DNA of 64,000 bases from Bilabrum cf. latius (taxonomy: Eukaryota), in the NCBI GenBank assembly GCA_965178125.1, contig OZ237741.1:806001-870000 (forward strand), read 5' to 3'. The notes under the pieces were generated by a model, which saw nothing but the letters and a program-made list of their open reading frames with translations, was not told the origin of the DNA and did no database searches. A program made the position numbers and the translations under genes. Shown in pieces: positions 11,750-25,100 of the stretch; position 1 is the stretch's first letter, and every line of letters starts with the position of its first letter.

Positions 11750-13204
11750 TTACTTCTCCACTTTGTCCTGAGCAGCGGCGATCTCCTCGTCCGTGTTGAG
11801 CTCGGTCGAGGCACCCTCGTCGGCAGGCAGCTTGTAGACAGCCTTGTCCACAGCCGCGGGGAACTTGAAGTAAGCACTCAGATGGGGTATGTGCTCGCAG
11901 AAGAGCAAGGGCAGCCCTAGATTCACCCGGTTGAAGATTGAGAGGTGCTGCGCCAGCTGGCCCATGCATCCCACATGAAACGTCACGTGCTGCGGGGGCT
12001 GTACACCATCCAGTGTCAATCCGCCGTTTGCTGCCGCATCCAACTGCAACTTCTTGCAGAGTATCGCGATCGCGATGCACTCGGAAACGCCTGCCTGCCT
12101 TGTCGGGTCCAGCTGCACCACGTCGAGCGCACCCCGCTGAAGATAGTTCTTGAACACGACCCTGTTGGGGATGGCTTCTCCAGCGGCAACCAGCGTGCCC
12201 GTGCCCTCTAGAGACTTGCGCAGAGTGACATGCGCCTCTACATCGTCGGGATGGCAGGGTTCCTCGATCCAAAAGACGCCCAGCTTAGCCAGCTCTGCCC
12301 CCATCTCGAGAGCGAGCGAGGTGGTCCACTGCTGGTTCACGTCAACCATCAGCCGACCGGACTCGCCGACCTCCTCGCGAACGATCTGAACCCGCCTCAG
12401 GTCCCGTTTCGGGTCAGGAGACCCGACCTTGAGCTTGAGAGCCCCGAATCCAGCAGCCTTCGCGTCGCGAGCTCCTTGCCGGATCTTCTCGTCGGGGAAG
12501 CTGATCCACCCAAAGCTCGTATCGTAGCCCGGAAATCCTCCGAGCGCTTGGAGCTCCTTGAAGCGGTCTGATGAAGAAGTACCCGCCTCGATTAATTTGG
12601 CGCTGGTTCTTTCTCCTGCACCTCCACTAGCCGCCCCGGATCCACTCTTTGCCAGTGGGGAGTACTTGCCGGACAGTAGCGCAGCTGCATCTTCGCCCGT
12701 GAGGACGTCTTCCAAACCGCTCAAGTCCAAAGAGCGGACTATTTCTTCGGGACTTAAAGCACCGAGCGCCTTCCACAGGGGCATGTGGACAGTTTTGCTG
12801 TACAAATCCCACAGGGCATTCACAATTCCAGCTTGCGCAAGGCTCACAACACCCTTGTGAGGGCCTAGCCACCTCCATTGCGGATGGTCGGCGATTTTCT
12901 TTTGCCAATCTCCAAGATTTTCAAAAATAGAGCGTACTGTTTGCCCAATAAGAGGCGAAGCCAGGGTCTTCGCAAGGCTGCCAATTATCTCTTCACCAGC
13001 TCCCAAGGTAAAAGCGATACCGTAGCCCGCTGGACCAACATCGCTGCCGGTACTAGTGCGCAGAATAGTAACAGAGTACCCGTACTTCGAGCTGTCATGC
13101 ACCGCATCAGTGCCCTCCCCCGGAGCTAGCCGAAAGGCAAGATCTCGAGTCTCAACTGCAACTACACGGGGACTCTCCTGCGTTGGCCATTGAATCAGAG
13201 TCAT
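11750..13204 (-). CDS. L-fuconate dehydratase-like enzyme, mandelate racemase subgroup of the enolase superfamily (484 aa)
   Basis: WRWLGPHKGVVSLA, NALWDL, KLKVG, MVDVNQQW, WIEEP..PDDV, AAGE, HVG. Uninterrupted ORF ending in TAA. Confidence 0.9.
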   Translation of the reverse strand: MTLIQWPTQESPRVVAVETRDLAFRLAPGEGTDAVHDSSKYGYSVTILRTSTGSDVGPAGYGIAFTLGAGEEIIGSLAKTLASPLIGQTVRSIFENLGDWQKKIADHPQWRWLGPHKGVVSLAQAGIVNALWDLYSKTVHMPLWKALGALSPEEIVRSLDLSGLEDVLTGEDAAALLSGKYSPLAKSGSGAASGGAGERTSAKLIEAGTSSSDRFKELQALGGFPGYDTSFGWISFPDEKIRQGARDAKAAGFGALKLKVGSPDPKRDLRRVQIVREEVGESGRLMVDVNQQWTTSLALEMGAELAKLGVFWIEEPCHPDDVEAHVTLRKSLEGTGTLVAAGEAIPNRVVFKNYLQRGALDVVQLDPTRQAGVSECIAIAILCKKLQLDAAANGGLTLDGVQPPQHVTFHVGCMGQLAQHLSIFNRVNLGLPLLFCEHIPHLSAYFKFPAAVDKAVYKLPADEGASTELNTDEEIAAAQDKVEK

Positions 13205-13375
13205 TCAGCGAGAGTGCAGCGTATTTTATTCAGAGGATTTATTCGATGCGCTCAGCTTACCATTTGAACCAAGTGTTGTGATCGAGACGCGCGGTACGCT
13301 GTTCTGAAAGTACACTCTACAGCCTGAAGGCAGCGAAAAGCTTGTTCGTGCACAGCATCCTTTCCGTCTGAAATA

Positions 13376-16300
13376 TTAAGACGGAATCGTATCACCAATC
13401 AATGGAATCGAGTCTCCGTATACCCGCTCTTTGGAAGGCACGGGGTCTCGCACTGCCACCGTGCGCGGACCCCGTGCGAGGAGCTAGTCGAACGCAGAGG
13501 CCTGCCCCCCACCTTTACCCACAGCCGGTATGCCCTCCCTTTCCGCCCTTCCCCCACACCCATCGTGTTCACTCGCCATTATCCAATCCGCATGTTCGTC
13601 AGAGTAGTAGTACCAGTTCCCGGCCTCGTCCTGGTACCAGTAAGCGCCGCCCTGCCCCTGCCCCTGCCCCTGCCCCTGCCCCTGCCCCTGCCCCTGCCCC
13701 TGCCCCTGCCCCTGCCCCTGCCCCTGCCCCTGCCCCTGCCCCTCGCCCTTGCCACTCGAGGCCCCACCCTGCACGAGTGCACCCTCAGGCCATTCACTAT
13801 CTTGGTTTCCAGAGGGTCCAGACGAATCAACATCGACTTGGTTTACCGACGTGGCGTGTGTCTACGACCGCCTTACTCTTGTTGGCGCGTCTGCTGCAAC
13901 ACCAGCATGGTACTCAGCAGCCGCACCTACTTCGCCTTGGCCTGACTGGCCAGCGGTACCCTGCAAGTGCTTCTCACGCCCAGCTGCATTCCATGCTTTC
14001 CCTTCCTACGAGTGATCTTCACTCGCAGGTTTGAGTCTCTCGACAGACGCTTGCACTTCGTGCCAGCTTTCCGGCGGGATGTAGTCGGTGTATTCGTTGA
14101 TCGGCCGGTTCGAAGACAGGTGCCTAGGCGAGTGCAACGAACTGCGCTTGCCTGCGGACAGGGGCCTGTTGGACCATGACTCTCTCAGCTATTGCTCATC
14201 TGACGATCTCATGGCAACAGCCTTTCGCCGGAGCTTTGCCACTTCCCTCTTGAGAGCTTCCGTCCGCACCGTGCTGGATTGCTCGTCCTCGACCGCCATC
14301 ATCCTCTGCTCCCTGTGTTCCCTTGCAACCTCGTACCTCTTGGAGATAATCCCTGCCTCCAGCTCACGCTACATTCCCAGCAAAGCATAGATGTCTCGCT
14401 CTTTGGCTGCATCTTGATGGCTTCGACTTGGCTGAGTTGCTTGTGGTGGAGAAGCGCTGGGCTCAGCATCCTCCGCTGACGCAGCAGCAGCATCCTAATC
14501 AAAAGGAGCTTCTGCCTCACGCTCCGGTATTGAAATTCCTCTTGCTGCCAACTCCTGCTTGCGGTACCGTTTCCTCTACTTTGCCTCGAAGGCCATCCGT
14601 TTCTCTCTCGCGGCTTCCAAGACCTGAGCCTCCAGCTCATGCAAGCCCTGTCTTGACGGCAGCTTGCTCACTTTGGGTGCCGGTTGATCAGAGACTGATG
14701 GTGGACCCTACACGCATTCTGCAATACCCTTCTGCATTGCTCGCCTGACTGCATGCCCCATCAGGACAGCCTGTATCAGGCAAGCAGCAATGTCCCGTCC
14801 TATCTCAGCGTCGTCCAGCAAAATCAGTTGGGCAAGTGCTTTTGCCCTGCGCCTCAAGACACGCACTCGTCTAGAATGCACTGGCACGAGCACGTCGTCT
14901 ACCATGAGGTGGCGTTTCCTTGAATAGGATGTCCGCATGTCGCTTGGCTTCTGCACCTTGCTGCTGCTGCTGGTGGGTCCGCTGCTCCCCGAGACCGGCC
15001 GCACCGAAGCCTTGTGCCCGGGCCGGCTTGCTGCTTTCCTGGACGGACTTCTAGTTCCTTTTTTGGTCTATTTTGGAGCTAGTGATCGTTCCATAATATC
15101 TGCCGCAGTATCTTGCAAACCAAGGGCCTCGCCTTCCAGCTGCTGCACCAGGCCGCGACCGCGCACGTAATCGCCAACCATGGTGCCGTCCTGTGAGCGC
15201 TTCGGCGGCGTCTCACCAGTAAACAAGACCCTCCAACTTTGTAGGACGTACAAAACAGGGGGAAAGAGCGTGTGTGAGTATTGCTCATCAGGTGAGCTTT
15301 GTGCTTGTTCCTGGAACGATGCTATGGAGGGAGTGCTGGCAGTGCCATCACCCGCTCGAGCGGGAACCAACCCATTCGTAGCATACTTGGTGCTATGTTT
15401 TGCCAATCGTCTGCGCCTCCGTGTCGCCCGAGCATGCATATTGCTTGCATCTATCGAAGCATCAACACGAGCGGCATCCAGTGCTCGCATCCGTGCCAAG
15501 GAATCCACTTGCACAAGTCGATCTACCGACCCCAGCATGCGTGAGGCAGTTTGCTGGCGGGTCTAGGGCCGCCTTAGAACTCGGAGTGAATCTAGTAGCT
15601 CTCTTCCAGAATTCACGCCAGATCGCCTGGAGATGGTCATCAGAGCCGTCTCTGCGACGTCCAAAGGCACACCCATTGCCGCAGCAGAGGCACGCAGGGG
15701 ATGCGTGCTTGCGTCAAGCCGTGACCGTATGCCTGGCAATCCCAGGAGCTCGGGGGAAGACAACGATAGCTACTTGAAAGCTTTGGGTTCTCGCTTTGCG
15801 CCGTATCTGTTCGACTGCTGAAGCAGCTTTCTCCTGTTTGCTGCCCGTGACTCGCGTAATGCAATGTATGCCAGTGCTATGTGCCCTGCCGCTGCCTGCT
15901 TGTGCAGGCGAGCCTCCTCCGAAATCGTGTCAGCCTTATAGAGGTCCGCTTCTCCACTACCTTTCCCGTGCAGAGCAGTCAACAGCAGCGCTCGATTGGA
16001 CGCAAGTTCTTCGTGCTCATCCCCAAGGACTCTCATCGCAAATTGAGACGCCTGCTGCCGCAGTCTATAGTCCTGTGACAGCTGATTAGAAACTCCGGAG
16101 GACAGCCGAACGGAGGCGCCTATGACCAAAGGCCCATTTCTTCCTGTTGGCACGCTGGATACGGGTCCCTCTGGTTTGCCATCAGTGCCTTCAGCTGTGG
16201 AGCGACGTGTCGGTGCCAGCCCCCCTGCTGCGGGCCCGAGCGCCAGGTCAATGTCGAAACCGTACCGCGTTGTCAGAACCATGCTGTGATTGCGCCCCGC

Positions 16301-18778
16301 AAACGCTGCCACGCCCCGAAGGGTAGATAGCCTGGCGATCTCTTGTGGAATGCACGAGCTCTGCTCCCTTCCGTTCCCAAGCTGTCCAGACACTCCGCAT
16401 CCGTACGAAACAACGGCACCGCTTGATAGAACTGCCAGAACAGTGTTGCCTTTGGACGAGATGGAGATAGCGTGATGCCCAAGCAATGCCAGCGGTCGGT
16501 TTTCAAGAGCCACTAGGCTGTGCTCAATGCAATCCTGGTGTCGAGTGGTTGGCACGAGAAGGCCATGAGCATCTCGCAGAAAGAAAGGTGCGCCCAGCTG
16601 CCCGTGATCGTTCGCTCCAAAAGAGTAGATCCTGCCATCTGTTGACAATGCGACAGTGTGCGCGCTGCCGCATTGCGCCTGCATGAATCGAACCGAATCT
16701 ATAATACCTTTGCTCACGCGGACTGCCACGTTTCGAGCCAACTGATCACCGTGCCCAAGCCTGCCATTTTGTCCCCATCCGCACGTGTAGAGATACCCGT
16801 CGGAAGCAAGCAAGGCTGCATGCTGTGCCCCTGCCGAAACTGAGACCACTATTGGAGGCACTTCAATGCGTGGTGCCTTGGACACCGCGTGCTTTAGCCC
16901 GTCATCTAGCTCTGCAAGTAGCGGTGCATTCTTGCCGAACGCGAGAGGGGCTGAAGTCACCTTTCCTTTGGCGTCGATGGTCACCCCCATCTTCTTTGCG
17001 TAGAGCCGACGAGCGGCAGACTCCCTATACCTGCGAACAACCTCATCGATGTGATGCTTCGGGGTCCCAAACGCTGGTGCAATTGCATCAATTGGTAGGC
17101 CTGGATGCACTCGAATAGGGCCAGCCATTCTCTCTTTGCCGCCGAGCGCGATTCCCGTGTCGCGCCGACTAGGAAAGGGCATGTCGGCAGCACTGCCTTC
17201 GTCTTCTCCGACCTCTATTGTCTCGAGTTCTCCAGGCACGGGTGGCCTAAATCGAATTGAGTCATCTACCGAGCACCGGACTAGACTGAGCCTGCTTGAC
17301 GCTTTCCACGTCCCAACCCCGCATTGCCCGCCTGCGTTGAAGCCGGCCGACCAGGCCCTTCCCTCACTGTCACAGAGCATCGTGAAGCCATCCCCACAAG
17401 CAACCTGACGTACTCGTACAGTTGGCTTTAATCCGAGCTGTACTGTCCATTTGGGCACGTGCAGCGCTTCGAAGTCCACCCGGGTTGGCTGGAGGACAGC
17501 TATTGCTTTGCCGTCCCGCTTGACAGCTCGCTGCGCCGGTGCCAGAGTGATGCCTAGCGAGTCCACAGCTGTTGGGTGCAGCAGCAAGCAGCCAAACACG
17601 TCCTCTCCAAAGGTGTACAGCTCTCCAGAGGAAGTCACAACAGCGCCATGGGATTGGCTGGCATCCACACTCGCGGCACGCGCATCAGATTTTCCGTCAA
17701 ACGGCGCGACGTACTCCGGAACATACACCTATTTGAGCGTTGGATGCCCATGCCAAGGTGCACCAAAGCTAACTAGACCGCCGGAGTTAAGAACGATGAA
17801 TGTAGCTCTCGGGGAGCAGCATCCTCCCACTGGAACTTCCGAACTTCCACCGGGTGTCGTGTTGTTGCCGCCCAGTCCAGTCACGGCACCCAAGGAGCTT
17901 CGAGATTGCTGAACAGCCGACGGAATGCCTCCCAGGGCACCCTTTCCTGCGCGATCACTGGCTGTCCCGGAGATTGATGATCGAATCGCGGCTTCCGTCG
18001 CGATCTCTGCCTGGTTCATGCGCAGCTGGGCAGCCTCGTGCACTGCCCGTCCGCCTCTCTTCGCGACCTCAGCGACGGGTAGCGACCTAAGTCCCCGAGC
18101 GACTGCACCGGTCAACGCGCTAGGATGCAGCTTTGTGGTGCCTTTGCCTCTGCCGACTTGCCCTGCGGAGCCACTACCGAACAGAAAGCACTGAATAGGT
18201 GCTGCACCGGCAGCACCTTCGCCGCCCCCGACCATCGGAGCCCCATCGTCCACGTCGTCAAGCGATGCAATCCAAGCATCCGCTTTGGTATGTGATTTCG
18301 ATACTTTTACTTGACCCTTTGGCTCTGACATGTACTCAGGGCCTCCGGGTCCATTTGATTCTGCGTGTCTTTGTGCTGAGCCGATTGCCCGCAAAGCTGC
18401 GAATCCAAGCTTGCGTGAACCACCGCGAAGAACCGCTGGAAGCAGCAGATTTGCTTTTTGTCGCCGGTACTCTTTGTCTGGATCAGCCTTTCGTCGCGTG
18501 TCTACCGTGCTGCCAACTGCAAAAGAATCCCAAGCGCCAACGTCCCGATAGAACCTCGCCTTCCGCCCCACAAATCCCTCCGGATCAGTTCGCAGGAGCC
18601 TTTTCCTTATTCGGGAGAGCTTTTCTCGGCTCTGCTTTTCTTTAACATCAAATTCTAAGGATTTTAGGTGAGCTCCGTGAGACCGTGAGAAAACAGTGTC
18701 AAGTATGCTAGGAAGCACAGGCTTCCGTTTCGGCTTCCAATCAGTCGGGTCATGGCGCTTCTTTTGAGCTTTTTGCAT
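13376..18778 (-). CDS. RCC1-repeat protein with low-complexity C-terminus, (GQ)n tract and aromatic OCRE-like motif (~1800 aa; ~12 in-frame TAG)
   Basis: Single frame from ATG 18778 to TAA 13376-13378. RCC1 motifs VRQVACGDGFTML, SAGAQHAALL..GYLYTCGWGQNGRLGHGD and QAQCGSAHTVALSTDGRIYSFGANDHGQLG; YWYQDEAGNWYYYSDEHADW near the end. Start is approximate. Confidence 0.8.
13649..13743. repeat. (CCTGCC)n hexamer microsatellite encoding (GQ)n on the minus strand
   Basis: Perfect hexamer run of ~15 units. Confidence 0.95.
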
Positions 18779-19143
18779 ACTGTCTTTTTTGCTGTAGATC
18801 TGATGCCACTTTGCGAAATCTGATATCTGAAATGCGAATCGAGCACGCAAGTACTGCGGAACCACCAAAACGATGGTGGCGCGGCGCCAAGCCAGCAGCA
18901 ATTTGCTACCAAGCGCCACAATTCATGAGTTTTGACCAGCCTACACATACGGTCTGGTAAGTTTACTTACTTAGTACAGCTAGAGGTAGGCGCTTCTACC
19001 GCTGAAGAGCACCACAACACTTTTGCTGTTCCATCATGTCCAATCCATCCGTTGACGGTGAAGCAACTGGCACCGTTTCGGATGCAGGGGGCGAAATTCA
19101 GCTGTCACGAGATGAGTTACAGTAGATATTAAATGCACAATCA

Positions 19144-22100
19144 ATGTCTTCCTCAGCGCTACCAGGAGCAGCGTCACGCGAGCTTCGGCGGGCCCTTGAA
19201 CGGAAGGCCAGTACTGGAGCTTTGGGCAGCTCCATGAAGGGCCGACCAAATGCCGCATCTCGCGAGGAAGTAGCAGCTAGTAATCGAGTCGATAAGTTCT
19301 TGAAACGAGAGCGCTTGCGGCTCGCCCAACTTGAGATGGAGCAGGAGGCTGCTGCCACCCTCCAGCGACTCTGGCGAGGCCACCGTGCCAGGACAAAGGT
19401 TTTGCCGGCTATGAAGCTCCAAATCAAGCTTATGTCGCAGTGGAACCTTCGTAGCATATTTGAGACCTTGATTTAGGTGCAAAATGCGTTCGAACGCTAT
19501 CGGGACGAGCAAGCGAAGAATGCTAGGATGAAGCAGCAACGCAAGACTGGACTTCGCAACCTCCTACGAGGCGCCGCCCACAAAATGGGGGGTGAGAAGT
19601 CAGCTGCAAAGTCCGGCATCGGTGGCCTGGCTTCTCTGCTCAGCTTTTCGATGAAAGCAGAGAAGAGCCGCGATGCAGCCGCCATCGCCTTGGGTTTGCC
19701 TAGCGATTCACATGGGCAAGGCAAAGGCACAAGTGCCTCAGGACACGGCACTGTAAGCAGTAGTGTTGGAAATCGTGATGGATCCGCAAGCCGCAGGTTG
19801 CGTGCGAGCAGGCCCGGGGCCTCCGACAGCGACACCGGCACGACCTCGGATGGTTCTGATTCCGAGTCCGATTCCGACCCAGACGGGTTCATCGGCTCCA
19901 CACTCGACCGACCCACCAGCCGAGGCCGTGGAGACCGCCGCGGCCAGAAATCCCGCGAAGGGAAGAATGGCGGGGGCTCTGCCAGGGGTCGCCGGCGGAG
20001 CGAGGCAGAGCAGGATGAGCTGGCAGGGATCGTGAGGGCCCTCGTGAGCACCGCCAGGACGAGCAGGCAGCTGCAGCAGAAGAAGAGTGGCGTACCCGGG
20101 AATGAAGCCGAGAGATCTAGTCGAATTACCAGAATTAGTCCTGCCCGGAGGGCCCGCGCCAGGTTCATCTCTTCCACGGACTCGCTTCCGCAGCCTCCAC
20201 AGGGCGGTCAGACTCTGGTCAGCAAAGCCACCGATGGTCCTGGCATGTGGAACACCCTCAACAGCAAAAGATCTAGGGGTGGTCAAAGCGGCAACATGGC
20301 CGCGCGGCCTTCGAGCATGTCCATCGACTCGGATCTCGGACTCACTGAAGGTCCATCTGGCCAGCCCATCGAGGACGATGTAAGAACGCTGGCCAGCGAG
20401 GAGTCTGTGCCTATTGAGAAGGACTCGGCTGAGGAAGGTGGTATCCAGGTGACCCCGCCGCAAAACTCCCCTTCAAAACGAAGCCCGGGAAAAAGGTAGC
20501 ACCGCCAGAGCATCCGCACGGCTGGCAGGACGCATGCCCAGAGAGGCGCTGAGCAGGAGTCTGCAGGGCAGGCAGACGAGTCGGAATCACAAATGCTGGA
20601 CGAAGCCATCATGGGCGTGGCTCGACGGCTGCGAGACATCTCCGAGCTGGGCAAGCTTGCAGATCCAGGGGTCAAGGCAGCTGGGCATGCCGCCGCTGCT
20701 GTGGCTAGCCTTGGTGAGGATGACCACCTGGACGGGCTGTAGCGCACGTCAGATGTGGAGCAGCTGGCGTCAATCTTGGTGGAGGACAGGGGGTACTACT
20801 ACGGCTCTTGCCTGAACGAAGGGCACTTTCTGTCGTTCTGTCGCGACTGTCGGCTCATGCGATCGCACAAGGTCGCGCCCACGCTGCTGCGACACCTCTT
20901 TGCAAGACACGCGGTGCTGTGCTCTCGAGAAGCGCAGGTGGTGCACGCGCATCGTCTTTTTGCGCAGCAGTGCAACGCAAGAGGGGCTGTTCCCCGTCCG
21001 CGAGTATGGGAAGTCGTGCGTCGGAGCGGCGTGTTTAGTATCAGCAAGGATGAGGCGGAGGACTGGGCCATGCGCCAGCCAGAGTCAATCAGCTGGGACC
21101 GCTTCAGCAGCTGGTGGGACGACCGAAGGCGGGAAGAATACGCCGAGAGCTGGGCCAGCAGGGATGGGCAGCCTGCCAGAGACGAGTCTTTGCTGCATTT
21201 CGCGGGCTTGGACTTTGCAGGCTTCAAGGCATGCATGGTGGAGCTGGCTTGCATCCTCTACCCGCCCGTGTCTGCTCGAGAGAGGCGGCGCCTGGACGCC
21301 TAGAGGAGGAGGGAAGCGCAGAGAAGGATGCGTCTTGGGGCGCGTGCCGGCTCCTCGCAGGCCACTCAGCCGGCCTCAGAGGTGCAATTTGCAACTCTTG
21401 ATGCTATCGCAGCAGCGCACGTTGGGCACGGGAAACCTTCGCTCTTGCGGCGCGCCCTGCCTGCAATGACTGGAAACAGTGGCATGAACGCATTAGCCAG
21501 CGGCGGAAGCTCCGTCCAGGTCGGTGGTCCTGATGTTGGCATCGCTGCCGCTGGGAAGTCGATCGCAAACATGTATTCCTAGGACTAGAGACAAGCTTCC
21601 ATCAATTTCCTGACTAGCGCACACCTGGTTCCGGCGATGCACGCCGCATCCTGCACTGGAGTCTGGGGATTCGAGTCGCTTGGCGGTCGCATGCTGCTGT
21701 CCAAGGGCGTCCGAGACTGCCTCATTGAGCACGAGAACGCAATCAAGTGGATGTACCAGAAATACTCAACGGATATATTGTCGCAGCCGAAGCAGTCCGC
21801 GCAGGACGTGCAATCTAATGCCATGGACCTTCGTATGGCAGCGGCTCCTGCGGCGGCGTAGGGAGTGGTCGGGAGCAGCGGGGCGGGAACGGAGAGCGGT
21901 GGTGAGTCGCCTTCCAAGCATGGCTCGTCAATGGCTCGCTTCTTTGGCGGGAAAGGGCCCCCGTAGACGCCCGGTGGCCGTCCCTCTCAGCGAGCATTCA
22001 CGCCGTCCATGCGTTCACCTGACAAACCCGACATCCTTGGGCGGGCGGATTACGTCCCTCCAGCTCCCCATGCCGAACCCCGCCTTCTGCAGTATGTCGG

Positions 22101-25100
22101 TGTATTGGAGCTGTGCCAAGACCTTGGTGTGTATCCATACCTGCTTCGAAATTCTCCTGAGGATGGATTTGAGCTGTTTTCGTGCTTTCTGGCGAGCGAG
22201 GGTGGGGACAGGTGCGGCGCGCAGCACAGCCACTGTTTCGTTCCCGTGCCGCAAATTGGTGCTGCAGCTCGGCAGTGCATTGTTTGTGGCAGGCCAGAGC
22301 ACTCAATAAGCAGGCCCAAGCGGCAGGCGATGATGAATTCGTTTGTCGAGTGGGACGTCGTCAGGAGGGGCTGGCTGCTCCCTGCTGACCTGGTGCCTTT
22401 CTTGCGGTCCATTGGCAGGCAGGTGTCAACTGGGAGCGGCGCATATACCCGAATGCTGCGGATTCTAACAGGGCAGGACCTTGCTGGGGTCTCCGTGGGT
22501 CTGCGTGAACACCACGAGAGGGGTCGTTTCAACCACGCCCACGAGGATGGCGGTGGGGACGGCGGCGATGCTGACAACGGCGACGGGGCCGGCAAGGAAG
22601 ATGAGCCTCTGACGATCCAGGCCAGAAATGCCAAGCTGCTAGAGCCGGGTGCCAAGGTTGGCACTGCGCTTGTCGATGCAGCGAGGACCCGCCAGGCGAT
22701 CGAGGCAGAGTCGAAGGGGACCGTTGACCTAAGCCGGCCCATGAGGCACTACCCTGCCCCCGGCGGTGGGGTCAGACTACCTGCTCTTATTGACGCGCTG
22801 CAGGCTGCTGAGGAGATGAGCGAGCACAGTCAGACCGCAAGTCTCTCCGTGTCGGAGTTTGCGGTGTTTCTCAGCGTGGTCGCTCGAGTGTGCCTCGCCA
22901 GCAAGCACCGTATCAAGGCAGCTGAGGCCATCATCTAGGAGAACATGGATGCGAGCGGCATGCAGGCTGGGGGGATCGGCCTGTCCGAGGTGGCCAATGA
23001 CGGTGCCAGGCTGCGCTACCTGCTACTGCACGTGGCTGGGCCCAACTACCAGAAGCTGTTCGGCCACTCTCTGAGAGGGCGCCCCATGCAGCCCATGGTG
23101 CTGCACCATGATCACGAAAAGGACTTAGTCATGGCTCAGCTAAAATCGCAGCTACGGCGCGCCTTCTACGTGTATTCCAGGCTAGACGGGATGGGCCTCG
23201 TAGACTAGATCGGTGCCGCCATGCTGGACGGAAGCAAGAAGCACCGCGGGCCGTCGTATGGGGTGCGATTCCAGGCATTCTTGTTATACACGCGGGACAT
23301 TGGACTGTTTCGCTCTCTCCCAGTTGAAACTATCAAGCACGTCTTTTTGCACTCTAGCTAGACAGCGGTGCGCGAGGCCAAGGGCGAGGCATCATCAGAT
23401 AGCGACAGCAGCGAGTTGGAGCAGGCAGGTGAACCAGGCACTGCAAGGGTGCAAGCAAGCAGCCCAGGATCACCATCCAGGCATGTGGCATCGCCCACCA
23501 AGGGGCTGTACCCTGGGACTGGAGCTTCGGGCGGCTCGTCTGCGGCACGTAACTTGATAGAGAAGCGATGGCAGAACCACAAGCAAGGGTTCAGGCTCAG
23601 CTACCGGGGTGGCCTCTTGCCCACGAACACAGAGGAGCAGGACGTAGAGGACTACTGCCTCTCTGCCGATGAGTTCGTCCAGGGAGTGGAGATGCTCTGC
23701 GAAGAGGCCTACATGCTGGGACAGCGAGGCGTCGGGCAGAGGAACCCGGCCGCATTCACTCTGCCAGTCACGCTTGACAGCGGTATCACGCCGCAGGGTC
23801 TCGCTCGCAGGGCGCTGATCGCCAGAATGAAACTGATTTTCGAGACCTACAGGCCAGTCGGTCGCGTCGGTGCTAGGGGAACAGCCGGCCTGCTTCGTGC
23901 GCGCATGGATGCGGACGGGAGAAAGGTGCACCTGAAGGCAGGCAGGCCGCTGCCCCAGGCCGTGCAGAATCTTATGGCGCGAACTGAGGCCATGCAAGGC
24001 GTCCTGAAGGACATGCACAGGTAGGAGTGGGAGGTTGCTGTTAGGACCAGGGCAAGAGAACGCGGCGAAGGACTGGGCACCCACAGCAAGCCGCCCATCA
24101 CTCCGATGAGAACTGCTGGTGCGGTCGCCGCTCGTAAGGGTGCTCCAAACCAGAATGCATATTCCACGTTCAGGCCATTTGGTGTGGCAGATCGAGGTGG
24201 GGTATAGGACTGGAGCAAGCACCGGGAGAGCCTTGTGAAGGCTGCAGGGCCAGGCGCACCCCGGCCTCCTCCATCGACCCTGTCGAAAGCAGGGCAGGAC
24301 TCGCCCGCACACAGGTACCGCAAACTACGTGGCGGGAGGAGAATGTCGGGGACGATGCTGCGCGGCATGCAGTCTGCATCGATGGAGAAGTCTCACGGAA
24401 TCGAACGGGTGACCCACAACCAGTCCATGCAGGCTGGCAGGCGCGGTTCGCTGATTGGGGCTGGTCAGGGCCTGAGTCGCCTGTTCGAGGCAGTCGCAGA
24501 GGGGGCTTCATCGCCCGATAAGCGATTTGGCAGCGCGGGCCGAGCTTCAGCAGAGCTGAAAGGGAGACACAGGAGGAAATCGTCCGTTGGTATCCGCATG
24601 TACGACGAGGACGATCCGCTTGCCGCCGCTGATCCTGAGAGCATCGCCGCAGCAGTAGTGCAGAACCGACGCAACAGTCAGAGCAAGCAGCGCTCAGCTG
24701 CCGAGAAGGCCGTGGCTCTCATGATGAAGGGCATGCGGTCGGGCGCCAGACGAGGCAGCGATATCGCTTTGGGAGGCGAGGCCGGCGGCATTTTCGGGGG
24801 GGGTGCGGCTAAGCGAGCCCTGAAGCAGGCATCTGCCAGGGCAACAGAGAGAGTGAAGCTGAAGAAAGAAAGGGAACAGCACGAGGCTGAGCGTAGGCGG
24901 GAGGAACAAGCAAGGGAGTCAGCCCGCCGCAGGGCCAGCGCCATTGTCAGAGCGGCGACAGGCCGAGCAGAGAGTCGGCAGGCCATGCGAGAGTGGAAGG
25001 AGCAGGAACAGGACAGTCCTCGGACCCCGCATGCCGGTCGGTCAGCCAGCAGTGCGTCATCCAGTGGTAGCGGCAGCGGTAGCGCCCATGATGTGACGAG

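Noticed and set aside
3879-13743. CRISPR-like arrays
   Set aside because: The repeats are 6- or 15-nt head-to-tail coding repeats without unique spacers, and no cas genes are present.
18779-18919. GTG-initiated N-terminal extension of the RCC1 gene in the ORF track
   Set aside because: Eukaryotic initiation favours the first in-frame ATG (18778), and an in-frame TGA lies just upstream of the GTG.
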